The position numbers were made by a program, and so were the translations under genes. Shown here one piece after another: positions 1 through 9,156 of a stretch of 26,515 nt of DNA. The stretch's first letter is position 1; each line of letters opens with the position of its first letter. This DNA comes from a virus. The stretch lies in the IMG/VR virus record IMGVR_UViG_3300002138_000190, positions 1 to 26,515 of that record, one strand, 5' to 3'. The notes beneath the pieces were generated by a model. The model saw nothing but the letters and a program-made list of their open reading frames with translations, had not been told where the DNA came from and did no database searches.

Positions 1-478
1 ACAGTTACAGTACCAGAAACAATTTGCGTACCAGTAGGAACTGCTGTTACGCTGCCATCTACAGTTACAGTATTGCTTACAGAAACAGTTTGTGTACCAG
101 TAGGAACGGCTGTTACAGTACCATCCACAGTTACAGTACCAGAAACAATTTGCGTACCAGTAGGAACTGCTGTTACTTCGCCATTGACAGTTACAGTATT
201 GCTTACAGAAACAGTTTGTGTACCAGTAGGAACTGCTGTTACGCTGCCATCTACAGTTACAGTATTGCTTACAGAAACAGTTTGCGTTCCAGTAGGAACT
301 GCTGTTACGCTGCCATCCACAGTTACAGTACCAGAAACAATTTGCGTACCAGTAGGAACTGCTGTTACTTCGCCACTTACAGTTACGATACTGCTTACAG
401 AAACAGTTTGTGTTCCAGTAGGAATTGCTGTTACTTCGCCATTTACGGTTACAGTACCAGAAACAATTTGCGTACCAC
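1..478 (-). repeat. Coding tandem repeats of 60 and 66 nt (20/22 aa units)
   Basis: Recurring ccagtaggaactgctgttac core about every 60-66 nt, with no unique spacers. Confidence 0.9.
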
Positions 479-722
479 TAGAAGTAGCAGTAATATTTCC
501 TGTTATGGCAATTGGAGTCATTCCAGCAATACCTTGAATTGTAACAATGCCAGTTGCAGCAGTACCAGCAACACCAGTACCAACAACAGGTTGGGTAAAT
601 GATGAACTGTCTACTTTTAACGCATTATTTGACACATCAACTATTAGTGCAGTTTGTCCTGCACCGCCAGTATATCCGCTGCCAAAAATATTAATTCCTA
701 ATCCTGTTACTATATCAGCCAT
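1..722 (-). CDS. Repeat-rich beta-strand putative virion fibre/decoration protein (3' end runs off the window)
   Basis: Not in the ORF track because it has no stop in the window. ATG at 722 is preceded by AAGGAG. It translates as MADIVTGLGINIFGSGYTGGAGQTALIVDVSNNALKVDSSSFTQPV..., followed by alternating GTQIVSGTVTVDGSVTAVPT / GTQTVSVSNTVTVDGSVTAVPT repeats. Variation at synonymous positions fits this frame. Confidence 0.85.
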   Translation of the reverse strand, partial: MADIVTGLGINIFGSGYTGGAGQTALIVDVSNNALKVDSSSFTQPVVGTGVAGTAATGIVTIQGIAGMTPIAITGNITATSSGTQIVSGTVTVNGEVTAIPTGTQTVSVSSIVTVSGEVTAVPTGTQIVSGTVTVDGSVTAVPTGTQTVSVSNTVTVDGSVTAVPTGTQTVSVSNTVTVNGEVTAVPTGTQIVSGTVTVDGTVTAVPTGTQTVSVSNTVTVDGSVTAVPTGTQIVSGTVT

Positions 723-735
723 GATTATCTCCTTG

Positions 736-972
736 TTATGGGGTTGTTGGTTTTAGTTCCTGTTTCTGCAATTCTCTTTGTTCAGCAATGTTTCTTTCTG
801 ATTCTTTTGTTAAATTGTGCTGAGCTTCTATTTCTACTCTGCATCTTTCAATTTCTTCTTCCAATTCAATTATTCTAATTTCTTTAGCTTGAACAATTGA
901 CAATGCAATAAGTTTAGAGTATTCATGCTTTTTTATGACATATTCTCTAGATTTTGTATTTAAGTCAGCCAT
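736..972 (-). CDS. Small coiled-coil hypothetical protein
   Basis: 78-aa E/K/Q-rich heptad-like ORF with AAGGA upstream; co-oriented with the 1-722 gene. Confidence 0.75.
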   Translation of the reverse strand: MADLNTKSREYVIKKHEYSKLIALSIVQAKEIRIIELEEEIERCRVEIEAQHNLTKESERNIAEQRELQKQELKPTTP

Positions 973-1029
973 TTTATAAATTCCTTACTATTTTATATAT
1001 TATAATTATATATTATTGTGGTTTAAAAA

Positions 1030-2391
1030 ATGATTAATGATTTAACTCAAATTCACAATGTTAACAAATTGTTGATTTCTCAAGAAAGATATTCTGAGGC
1101 TGAATTTTTTTTAAAAAATTTAGCTTATGAATCATTGCAAATTTTGGCTGCAATGTACAATCAGTTGGGTGACTTTAAATTAGCTGAAAAAAATTATTTA
1201 TTAAGTGATCAAGTTATTCCTCGGCATTGGCAGACTCACACAAATATTTGTGATACTTTATATAAGCTTAAAGATTTCAATGGTGCAGAAGAAAATATAA
1301 AACTTGCTTTGGAATGTCCTGAAGGATACAAGCAAGAAGTCATATACAATTTAGCAGTAATACAATCTGAGTTTCACAAAACTAACGAAAGTATGGAAAA
1401 CTACAGAAAGGTTTTTGAAATTAATCCAACCAATTATGTTGCACAATATAATTATGGTTGTGAATGTTTGAAAAATAATTTATTTGAAGAGGGTTGGAAG
1501 TATTACGAAAGTAGATTTGCTGCATTTGAAAGATTAAATAACTTACGAAAAGTTTTCAAGAATATTCCAGATTGGAATGGGGAAAGTTTAAAAAATAAAA
1601 AAATTATTTTGTATAACGAACAGGGAACAGGAGATTTAATTCAGTTTTTAAGGTTTGCTAAAATATTAAAAGAACAAAAAGCAAAAATTTTAATAACTTG
1701 TGATTCATCATTTAAAGAGATAATTGATCATGTTGATTTCGTGGATGAAACTATTTCTGATCAGTCAGAAATAGATAAAAAAACAAAAAATTATGATTAT
1801 AAATGTAGTGTTGCAAGTTTGCCTTATTATTTAAAAATAAATAACAAGAAGCAATTAGAATGCAAAAAATACATTGACATAAAAGAAAAATTTAAAATAA
1901 AGAAAAGTAAAAATAAAAAAATAGGAATTGTTTATGCTGGTAGTGGCAATCACACTTATGATTGGAGAAGGTCGATATTTTTTAGTAAACTTAAACCTTT
2001 GGCAGATTTGCAAAAATATGATTTTTATGTGCTACAAAAATTTACTGAAAGAAAAAGAAAATGGATGAATGTTGTTGTAGATCCATTTGATGTTCCTCTT
2101 TATGAAAATTGGGTTGATTTATCTAAAAATTTAACAAGTTATTATGATACTGCATGTGTTATTAATTCTCTTGATTTAGTTATAACTGTTGATACATCAA
2201 TTGCTCATTTAGCTGGTGCTATGAACAAGAAAACATGGTTGTTGCTTGATTATAATAATGATTGGAGATGGGGATTAACATCTGATAAGACTTATTGGTA
2301 TCCATCTTTAAAAATATTCAGACAAAAAAGTTTGAATTATGAATGGAATGAAGTGATTCAAGAAGTTAAAAAAGAATTAGATGATTTTTAA
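1030..2391 (+). CDS. TPR-repeat protein with C-terminal GT-B (GT9-like) glycosyltransferase domain
   Basis: N-terminal TPR helices, then GWKYYESRF, EQGTGDLIQFLRF, DLVITVDTSIAHLAGA, DWRWG and WYPSLKIFRQ motifs. Confidence 0.9.
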   Translation: MINDLTQIHNVNKLLISQERYSEAEFFLKNLAYESLQILAAMYNQLGDFKLAEKNYLLSDQVIPRHWQTHTNICDTLYKLKDFNGAEENIKLALECPEGYKQEVIYNLAVIQSEFHKTNESMENYRKVFEINPTNYVAQYNYGCECLKNNLFEEGWKYYESRFAAFERLNNLRKVFKNIPDWNGESLKNKKIILYNEQGTGDLIQFLRFAKILKEQKAKILITCDSSFKEIIDHVDFVDETISDQSEIDKKTKNYDYKCSVASLPYYLKINNKKQLECKKYIDIKEKFKIKKSKNKKIGIVYAGSGNHTYDWRRSIFFSKLKPLADLQKYDFYVLQKFTERKRKWMNVVVDPFDVPLYENWVDLSKNLTSYYDTACVINSLDLVITVDTSIAHLAGAMNKKTWLLLDYNNDWRWGLTSDKTYWYPSLKIFRQKSLNYEWNEVIQEVKKELDDF

Positions 2392-3177
2392 TTTAAGTTC
2401 AGCAATATCAGTTTCTTTTATTTCAACTTCTTGAGGAACACAAAACAAATTCAAGCTTATGAATGTTGTTCCCATTTCTTTTATAAAAATATCTTCTCTG
2501 CATGCATAAAAATTATTTTGATTGAAAAATGCTGGATTGTGCTGGTAGATTTTATAATTAAGTTCATTTTTGATAAAATCAATTAAATCTTTTGATTTTT
2601 CTGCTCTGTCATTTTCAACATACAGATAAGGTTTATCGTTTAAAATCTTTACTTTTCCACCTTTGAGCACATTCAATTCCATACCTTCAACATCTATTTT
2701 AATAAAAGAACATTTTTTAGGAGTAGAAATTAAATCAAGTGTTGTTAAATTTACTGTATAGCCTGTTTCTACTTTTTCTTCTAAGTTTAATTGAATTCCA
2801 CCATGATTTTGAATTTCTTCGTGATTGTATTCTGGAATATTTATAGCTCCAGAATTTTCTCCTAATGCATATTGAAAGCAATGAACATTAGTTAAATTGT
2901 TAATTGCCATGTTCCCACAAAGAGTGTAGAAATTATGTCTTTCTGGTTCTAACGCAATAACAAAACCACTCTTAGTAGTTAATCTAGAAAAAAGGGTTGT
3001 GAACGATCCAATGTTTGCACCAACATCAAATACTGAATCACCTTCCTTGATGAATTTTTTATATAAAATTGCTTCTTCTTCTGAATATTCACCAAAATTT
3101 TCAAAAGATTTTCCTTGGTAAATATCTTTTCTATTATAAATCATTAATCCATATCGACATCGTTGTATTGTATTCAT
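2377..3177 (-). CDS. FkbM-family SAM-dependent methyltransferase
   Basis: VFDVGANIG, ALEP, FIKIDVEGME and P-x-LYVEN motifs. Confidence 0.92.
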   Translation of the reverse strand: MNTIQRCRYGLMIYNRKDIYQGKSFENFGEYSEEEAILYKKFIKEGDSVFDVGANIGSFTTLFSRLTTKSGFVIALEPERHNFYTLCGNMAINNLTNVHCFQYALGENSGAINIPEYNHEEIQNHGGIQLNLEEKVETGYTVNLTTLDLISTPKKCSFIKIDVEGMELNVLKGGKVKILNDKPYLYVENDRAEKSKDLIDFIKNELNYKIYQHNPAFFNQNNFYACREDIFIKEMGTTFISLNLFCVPQEVEIKETDIAELKLKII

Positions 3178-3189
3178 GCTTTAAAATAG

Positions 3190-3795
3190 TTAAACTGTAG
3201 AATTTTTATATCCCAATAAAGTGCCTTCGTAGTTTGCTGCTGGAGGGTTTCCCCCAAAAGTAGAAAGCAATGAACAAGTAATTTTAATCTGATATCCAGA
3301 TGGCAATTTTAAAATTGGAATTGGAAATTGCATGTTGTGGTTTAAGTTAGAAGCATTAGTTCTAATTGATAATAAAGTAGTTTCTAATAGGGATAAATCA
3401 TAATATTTTACTTGATAGATTGCTGGTAAATCACCACTCACACTAAATCCATTGAAATTAAATACGGAATCTACAGGAACAATATAAGAAACAAGTGTTG
3501 TTGAACTTATAATTACATTTGTTATACTTGAAAAAATTGGTATTAAATTAGAAACATAAGGAATATTTCTTGTTGCTATGCCATATTCACATCCTTCAAC
3601 ATGATCATTGATTACACTTGCAATATCTTCAGCATCTTCGCCAGCTATTACTGTTCTAGCTCTATGCCTTAATTGCGTAATTGGGCCAGGGCCAATTGGA
3701 TAGTCAACTTTCGTTTCATCCATGATAGAACCGCCAGAGCCAAGGTTAAGCTCTGTGAATGTTGATTTTGTAGTAATTGGGGTATTGTTGCACAT
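3190..3795 (-). CDS. Hypothetical protein, beta-rich C-terminal half (possible virion protein)
   Basis: 201-aa ORF occupying the space between neighbours; no catalytic motif recognised. Confidence 0.7.
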   Translation of the reverse strand: MCNNTPITTKSTFTELNLGSGGSIMDETKVDYPIGPGPITQLRHRARTVIAGEDAEDIASVINDHVEGCEYGIATRNIPYVSNLIPIFSSITNVIISSTTLVSYIVPVDSVFNFNGFSVSGDLPAIYQVKYYDLSLLETTLLSIRTNASNLNHNMQFPIPILKLPSGYQIKITCSLLSTFGGNPPAANYEGTLLGYKNSTV

Positions 3796-3843
3796 AATTT
3801 TTTTCTTTTTCTTTTTCTTTTGCTTTAAAATATATATTTTATA

Positions 3844-4929
3844 ATGAGCAAAAATTTAAACGATATATTTTGTAAATTACTTCCTTATAAAAAAGAAAAT
3901 CTTTTTTCTGTATTATCTAGTAGGCAAGCTATAGGTTGGCAAATTAAATTATTCAATGTTCCAGAATTATGGCAGTTTTCTCAAGGTGATAATGTTAAAA
4001 TAGCAGTTTTAGATACTGGTATTGATTTAAATCATGAAGATTTAAGGGAAAACATAGTTGAAGGTAAGAATTTTGTTGATTTGAGTCAATCCCCCTATGA
4101 CAAATGTGGACATGGAACTCATTGTGCAGGAATTATAGCTGCAAGTAACAATGATATTGGCATAGTAGGTGTAGCTCCAAAAACTAAAATTATGCCTGTG
4201 AAAGTTTTGGATGATAACGGCAATGGCAATATGGAATCTGTTTTAAAAGGATTGCAATGGGCAGGAGAAAATGGAGCAGATTTAATTTGCATGTCACTTG
4301 GAACACCAGAACCAATTGAAGAAATTAGAAAAGAAATACAAAACTTAGTTGCAAATAAAATTATTGTTTTTTGTGCTGCTGGCAATGCTGGCAATACAGA
4401 AAATTTGCTTTATCCAGCAGCATATTCTGAAACAATATCAATTGGTGCAATTGATGAAAATTGTTTAAGGGCAGATTTTAGCTGCACAGGCCCAAATTTA
4501 GACTTTATTGCACCAGGAGTTAAAATATATAGCACTATACCTGAAAATGCATATTCTTTTATGTCTGGAACTAGCATGGCTTGTCCATTTGCAGTTGGAG
4601 TTGCTGCTTTAGTTTTATCTTCAAAGCGACAATATGAAAAAAATATAAAATTAACTGCTGATGAATACAGAGAAATATTTAAAACCCATGCATTGCCAGC
4701 AAAAAACATAGACAAGCTACTGACTAATAAAGGCCCAAGATTTTGGCAAGGGCTAGGAATTATAAACCCATCAGAATTTGTTGATTGGGTTACACAAAAA
4801 AATGTAAAAGAGATTAAACAGAAAATTACAGATTTGTATGATTTTGTCGAAAAATTTACAGAAAAAGAATTATTGAAAACTCTTCATGAAGAGAAAAAAA
4901 TGTTAGATTCATTGCTTAATAATTTTTAA
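3844..4929 (+). CDS. Subtilisin-family S8 serine protease, intracellular (ISP-like)
   Basis: Catalytic triad motifs AVLDTG, HGTHCAG and SGTSMA; oxyanion AAGN; no signal peptide; N-terminal LLPY motif. Confidence 0.95.
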   Translation: MSKNLNDIFCKLLPYKKENLFSVLSSRQAIGWQIKLFNVPELWQFSQGDNVKIAVLDTGIDLNHEDLRENIVEGKNFVDLSQSPYDKCGHGTHCAGIIAASNNDIGIVGVAPKTKIMPVKVLDDNGNGNMESVLKGLQWAGENGADLICMSLGTPEPIEEIRKEIQNLVANKIIVFCAAGNAGNTENLLYPAAYSETISIGAIDENCLRADFSCTGPNLDFIAPGVKIYSTIPENAYSFMSGTSMACPFAVGVAALVLSSKRQYEKNIKLTADEYREIFKTHALPAKNIDKLLTNKGPRFWQGLGIINPSEFVDWVTQKNVKEIKQKITDLYDFVEKFTEKELLKTLHEEKKMLDSLLNNF

Positions 4930-5344
4930 GGTACTCTTTTAACTCAGAAATTATTTCTTCTTTGTCTTTTATTTTTTCTAAATCTTTTAACACACAAGCA
5001 ACTAAAGCTGATTTATGGTGAATTCCAAGAGGAATTTTACTAAAATTTTCATCTTTTAAATTTTGACAATTTTGAATTAATATTTTTATTTCATCGTAAA
5101 AAAATGAATAACATAATGGACAACCAATTTTAGATTGTTGAATTATTTCAAGTAAATTAATGTCACAATTAGGACATTTTTTATTAATTGTACTTTTAGA
5201 AAGCATAAGTTGTTGAGGCAATTTATTGGTTAAACAGTTCAAACAACACAAACTACTTTTAGTTTGGCCATTTTCTAGTATGTTTTCCACTAAAATATTT
5301 TTTATCTCATTGCAAATAGTTTTATCATAAAAGCAAATATTCAT
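4916..5344 (-). CDS. McsA-like Zn-binding protein
   Basis: LCCLNC ... CPNC-x10-IGCPLCY-x2-F resembles the McsA CxxC...LGCxxCY pattern; the helical C-terminus may be a degenerate UVR. ATGA overlap with the upstream gene. Confidence 0.65.
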   Translation of the reverse strand: MNICFYDKTICNEIKNILVENILENGQTKSSLCCLNCLTNKLPQQLMLSKSTINKKCPNCDINLLEIIQQSKIGCPLCYSFFYDEIKILIQNCQNLKDENFSKIPLGIHHKSALVACVLKDLEKIKDKEEIISELKEYLKNY

Positions 5345-8235
5345 TTTTCTACTACCTCATAATTACCATTTATGATTAAATTACAACCATCATTTTCAAC
5401 TGCTATTGTATTAGGATAAATAATTCTTCGCAACCATATTGCTAAAAAGTCACCAGGATTTAACAAAGGTAAATAAACTGGAGATGAAATGGGGGCATCA
5501 TAAAATGTTATTGATGTTGGTTCTCTATCTGCTGTTAAAATTTTACTTGCAACAATGTTTATTGGCCCTCCTTCAACATTTTTTATGATAGAAATACTTG
5601 GTAGTGGTGTTAAAGTATATCCATCAAGAACAAGTAAGGGATGCGATTTATAACCAGCAGATCCATTAAAGGTAATTTCAAAAATAGAATTGAAATCATT
5701 GGAGCTTCCTGAAACTGTAACATTTTCTAATCCTTCTACCTTTGTAATCGAATAATTAAAATTATAAAGCCATATAGAAAAATTTGTATTGTAAATCACA
5801 GTAAAAGGTTTTTCATCATAAGAAAAAACAATTTCTTGCCCATTTGTAAAAGGGCCATTCAAAATCGTAATGCTTTGTATTTCATTAACAAAATTAAATC
5901 CTAAATCTATAACACTACCTAAAAAGAAGTCATTAAGAGACAGATATAAATAATAAATTTTATTTGAAGATGTGTTCTTTAAAAAAATACATCTATAATC
6001 AGTTAATCCTTCTGAATAAAAAGTACCTTCTACAGAATTGAAAATGTTGTTTTTCCCAACATTAACAGTAACATTGCTAGATTCCCCACCTAAAGATTTT
6101 TTTGGGTCGGTATTGTTTAGACCCCCAGAATAAAAAAACTTAGCAAACGCATTTAGTTTTTGTCTTACAAAAGGATTTGCGGTTGTTGTTGTCGTTGTTG
6201 GTGCTGTTGTTGTTGTTGTTGTTGTCGTTGTTGTCGTTGTTTCTGGAGAAAATCCAAAAACAGTATAACTGCTTATGCTGCTTACATTATCTAGATTCCA
6301 GTTTAAAGATGAATTGTTTTCTTGGGCATAGTCATAATTATAAATTAACAAAGGTGTGTAACTAGTAGAGAATTTGTTTGCTGGTATGTATTTTTGAAAA
6401 CTTTTACCACTAGGAAATCCAAAATATAAGTCAACTGTGTAATTTGAAATTACTTCTATGCTTGCTGATTCCCCAGCAAAATTCATATGAAAACTTATTT
6501 GCCCATATGAGTTATTATCATAAGATATATATGAAGTAAATCCACCAAGTGGCAACAAGGAAATTGCTTGATTAATCGCATTTACAATGCTTGTGTTCTT
6601 AACAGGCTGATTGATTATATATTCACTATCATTACTAAGATCTATAGAAAATGTTTGCACTATATCATTTATTGAATTATTAGAAGTGCCAGAAAGTATA
6701 ATTGTAAAAGTAATTATAGGGCCATTAGATATCACATAAGAACTTTGAGGTGGAATAACACCATTGCCGTATATCACATAAGATTGTCCAATTAAAATAA
6801 GACCATTACCGCTTGACCCCACATAAATAGAATCAGGAAATCTTGTATTTAAAGATTCTATTTTAGCTGGCAATAAATAATCTGGAACTCCATTGCCAAT
6901 AGAATTAATATAGCCCCATGCATATAAATTGCCATTAATTCTTGTTCCATATGAAAATGTATTTGATGCAAAAACTTTAGCCCAATCATCAAAAGGTTCT
7001 ATTTTTACAAAACTATTAGTAGAATTTGGTGTTCCATTGCCAAGTTGATAGTTTGAGTTTAAACCGAGTGCATATAATTTTCCACCATCTCTTATAGCTA
7101 AAAGGTGACTGTTTGTGCATGTGATATATTCCCAGTCAGAAAATTCAGACCAATTTGTAGGAATTGCTCCAAGGTAAGCCCCCCAAGCATATATTTCTCC
7201 ATTTTCTCTAAGTGCAAAAGAAATTTGCATCCCACTACAAATCATTTTCCAATCATTGTATAAAGTTATTGGGCCTTGTATGCCTGACCAACTGCCATTG
7301 TTGTTTCCTAATTGTCCTCGACTGTTAGATCCCCAAGAATAAAGCAATCCATCTTGTGTTATTCCTAAACTATGATCATGCCCAATTACTATTTTATCCC
7401 ATCCTTGACCATTTGGAGCATAAATTCGATTTGATTGACTACTGTAAATTGGAAGGTTATTGATAAAATTTCTTATCCAATTGTCATAGTTGTTTGATCC
7501 ATAAAGTGGAACATAATTAAATATGTTGGAGCCGAAGGCTCCTAGTCCTAATTTGTCAGCAAAGTTATCTCCCCACAAATATGCATTTCCTGGTTCATTT
7601 CCAAATATTGCAACATGGCTTAATCCATTTGTGTAAACATATTTGCAATCTAAGTTATTAAGCTTTTTGTATGGTTTATAATTTGGATTTATGTCAATGT
7701 TAGGTTCTTGGCCAGATTCATAAAGATAAGTTCCACTATTATTATCACCTATTATAAAAAGAGAAACACTTCCTCCAGATGATATGCCTTTACAGTTCTT
7801 GTAAGTAATTGGACTATTGTAATTGTAAAAAGGATCAACATTTTTTATTAGGTTTGGATAAGAAGTATTTGTGCTTGTTTGTATTCCAAAGCTGCCTAGA
7901 TTGTTATTACCCCATGCGTACAAGCTAAAATTTTCTAGGATTGGTATTGGTGTTGTCGTTGTCGTTGTTGTTGGTTCTATTGTAGTTTTATAGGTGAAAA
8001 CATTGGGATAATAAAAAGCTATATCCAGTTCTTTAATGTAAAACAATGCAACAAGACCTTCTGAGTGTTCTGTTGTTACTGCTGTTATAGTGTTAGAGTC
8101 TACAACTATAACATCTGTGCAAAAAGAATTATCTAGGGATAAGTTTGAAATTGATGTAAAACCTGATCCTGTTATTGTTATTGGTGTGCCACCAGTTGTC
8201 AGGCCATAATTTGGTGTTATGTATGGAATTGTCAT
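5341..8235 (-). CDS. Multidomain putative virion protein: IPT/TIG Ig domain, Thr linker, RCC1-like propeller, Thr linker, C-terminal phage-type domain
   Basis: ITPNYGLTTGGTPITITGSGF (IPT/TIG); LYAWGNNNLGSFG, LYSWGSNSRGQLG and LYALGLNSNYQLG (RCC1); poly-Thr tracts; C-terminal SGGLNNTDPKKSLGG...DYRCIFLKN...AIWLRR. Confidence 0.85.
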   Translation of the reverse strand: MTIPYITPNYGLTTGGTPITITGSGFTSISNLSLDNSFCTDVIVVDSNTITAVTTEHSEGLVALFYIKELDIAFYYPNVFTYKTTIEPTTTTTTTPIPILENFSLYAWGNNNLGSFGIQTSTNTSYPNLIKNVDPFYNYNSPITYKNCKGISSGGSVSLFIIGDNNSGTYLYESGQEPNIDINPNYKPYKKLNNLDCKYVYTNGLSHVAIFGNEPGNAYLWGDNFADKLGLGAFGSNIFNYVPLYGSNNYDNWIRNFINNLPIYSSQSNRIYAPNGQGWDKIVIGHDHSLGITQDGLLYSWGSNSRGQLGNNNGSWSGIQGPITLYNDWKMICSGMQISFALRENGEIYAWGAYLGAIPTNWSEFSDWEYITCTNSHLLAIRDGGKLYALGLNSNYQLGNGTPNSTNSFVKIEPFDDWAKVFASNTFSYGTRINGNLYAWGYINSIGNGVPDYLLPAKIESLNTRFPDSIYVGSSGNGLILIGQSYVIYGNGVIPPQSSYVISNGPIITFTIILSGTSNNSINDIVQTFSIDLSNDSEYIINQPVKNTSIVNAINQAISLLPLGGFTSYISYDNNSYGQISFHMNFAGESASIEVISNYTVDLYFGFPSGKSFQKYIPANKFSTSYTPLLIYNYDYAQENNSSLNWNLDNVSSISSYTVFGFSPETTTTTTTTTTTTAPTTTTTTANPFVRQKLNAFAKFFYSGGLNNTDPKKSLGGESSNVTVNVGKNNIFNSVEGTFYSEGLTDYRCIFLKNTSSNKIYYLYLSLNDFFLGSVIDLGFNFVNEIQSITILNGPFTNGQEIVFSYDEKPFTVIYNTNFSIWLYNFNYSITKVEGLENVTVSGSSNDFNSIFEITFNGSAGYKSHPLLVLDGYTLTPLPSISIIKNVEGGPINIVASKILTADREPTSITFYDAPISSPVYLPLLNPGDFLAIWLRRIIYPNTIAVENDGCNLIINGNYEVVEK
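6179..6240 (-). repeat. Poly-Thr (ACA/ACG)n coding linker
   Basis: (gtt/gtc)n on the + strand encodes a long Thr run interrupted by AP. Confidence 0.9.
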
Positions 8236-8320
8236 ATTTTTTTAATATTCCCTAAATTACTTGTTTTATGCTAAATATTTAATTATAATTAAATATTACT
8301 ATTATTATGGAGATATTCCT

Positions 8321-9118
8321 TTGAAAATAGGTATTAATTCATCTTTTATAATTACTCAATTTGATGAATTAATAAAACCAAAATTTTACTTGGATAAAAT
8401 TCATAATAATTATAACGCTTATGTAGGCTGCGATCAACACACATTAAAATGCGAAATTAATTCTGAAAATGAATTTGATCTTTCTGAAAAAGTATTTGAT
8501 TTAATCAATAATTTAAATGATTCTTTTAAAGATATAGATTGCGAACTTACAAATAAAAAATATTATGAAGTAGATGATTTAGATGAATTTGATGATAAGT
8601 TTCAAAATGCATATGATTTTGAAAGAAAATTTAAAAAATATAGTTTTATTGTAACTAATGGATTTTTAAAAGTTACTGATGATTTGTTTCTTAAAAAAGA
8701 AAATATAAAAATATTTGTTTATTTGTTAGATTTATTCTTGGGAATACCATTTACTTTGATTGACAATGAACAGGGTCAAATCATAAGAAGGCTTTATTAC
8801 AAGTGTGGGGATTATTCAAAATATCAAAATACAATTGAATATAAATTATTAAGTAACAATTGGCTTTTTGATGTGAAAAAAATAAATCTTGTTTATGGAA
8901 TAGTTGAATTTTGTTTTGACTTTTTAAAATCTGAAAAATATAAAAAGTTTTATGAAGTTGAAAATGAAATTGTTTATATTTATGGATATGATTTTAACGA
9001 ATTAAATAATATTATTAATAAATTAAAAGTTGACAAAGCTGGAAGATATATGCGTTTTATTAATAATTTCTTGCCACAAAATCTTTGCAAAGACTTGGAA
9101 AAAATAAAAGCTCCTTGA
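8321..9118 (+). CDS. Degenerate phiEco32-like COOH-NH2 ligase (type 2) homolog
   Basis: LLDLFLGIPFTLID...RRLYYKCGDY...IEYKLLSNNW resembles the family C-terminal signature as I recall it. TTG start at 8321 with GGAG is preferred over 8261. Confidence 0.6.
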   Translation: MKIGINSSFIITQFDELIKPKFYLDKIHNNYNAYVGCDQHTLKCEINSENEFDLSEKVFDLINNLNDSFKDIDCELTNKKYYEVDDLDEFDDKFQNAYDFERKFKKYSFIVTNGFLKVTDDLFLKKENIKIFVYLLDLFLGIPFTLIDNEQGQIIRRLYYKCGDYSKYQNTIEYKLLSNNWLFDVKKINLVYGIVEFCFDFLKSEKYKKFYEVENEIVYIYGYDFNELNNIINKLKVDKAGRYMRFINNFLPQNLCKDLEKIKAP

Positions 9119-9139
9119 TGTTATCAAAGAGCTTTTATT
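9103..9139. terminator. Probable bidirectional intrinsic terminator
   Basis: Inverted repeat aataaaagctc...gagcttttatt between convergent genes. Confidence 0.7.
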
Positions 9140-9156
9140 AAATTTAATTATTTTTA

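Noticed and set aside
1-480. Regular direct repeats resembling a CRISPR array
   Set aside because: There are no unique spacers; unit lengths are multiples of 3 and vary synonymously in the minus-strand coding frame; no cas genes are present.
24-756. Plus-strand ORFs 24-602, 73-537 and 547-756, including a Cys-rich repeat protein that could look like a RiPP precursor
   Set aside because: They are antisense shadows of the repeat gene at 1-722, which has the RBS and coherent codon pattern.
4119-4715. Minus-strand ORFs inside the subtilisin gene
   Set aside because: Antisense shadows of a clearly real gene.
5341-8235. Diversity-generating retroelement target in the RCC1/Ig protein
   Set aside because: No reverse transcriptase and no adenine-variable TR/VR pair was seen in the window.
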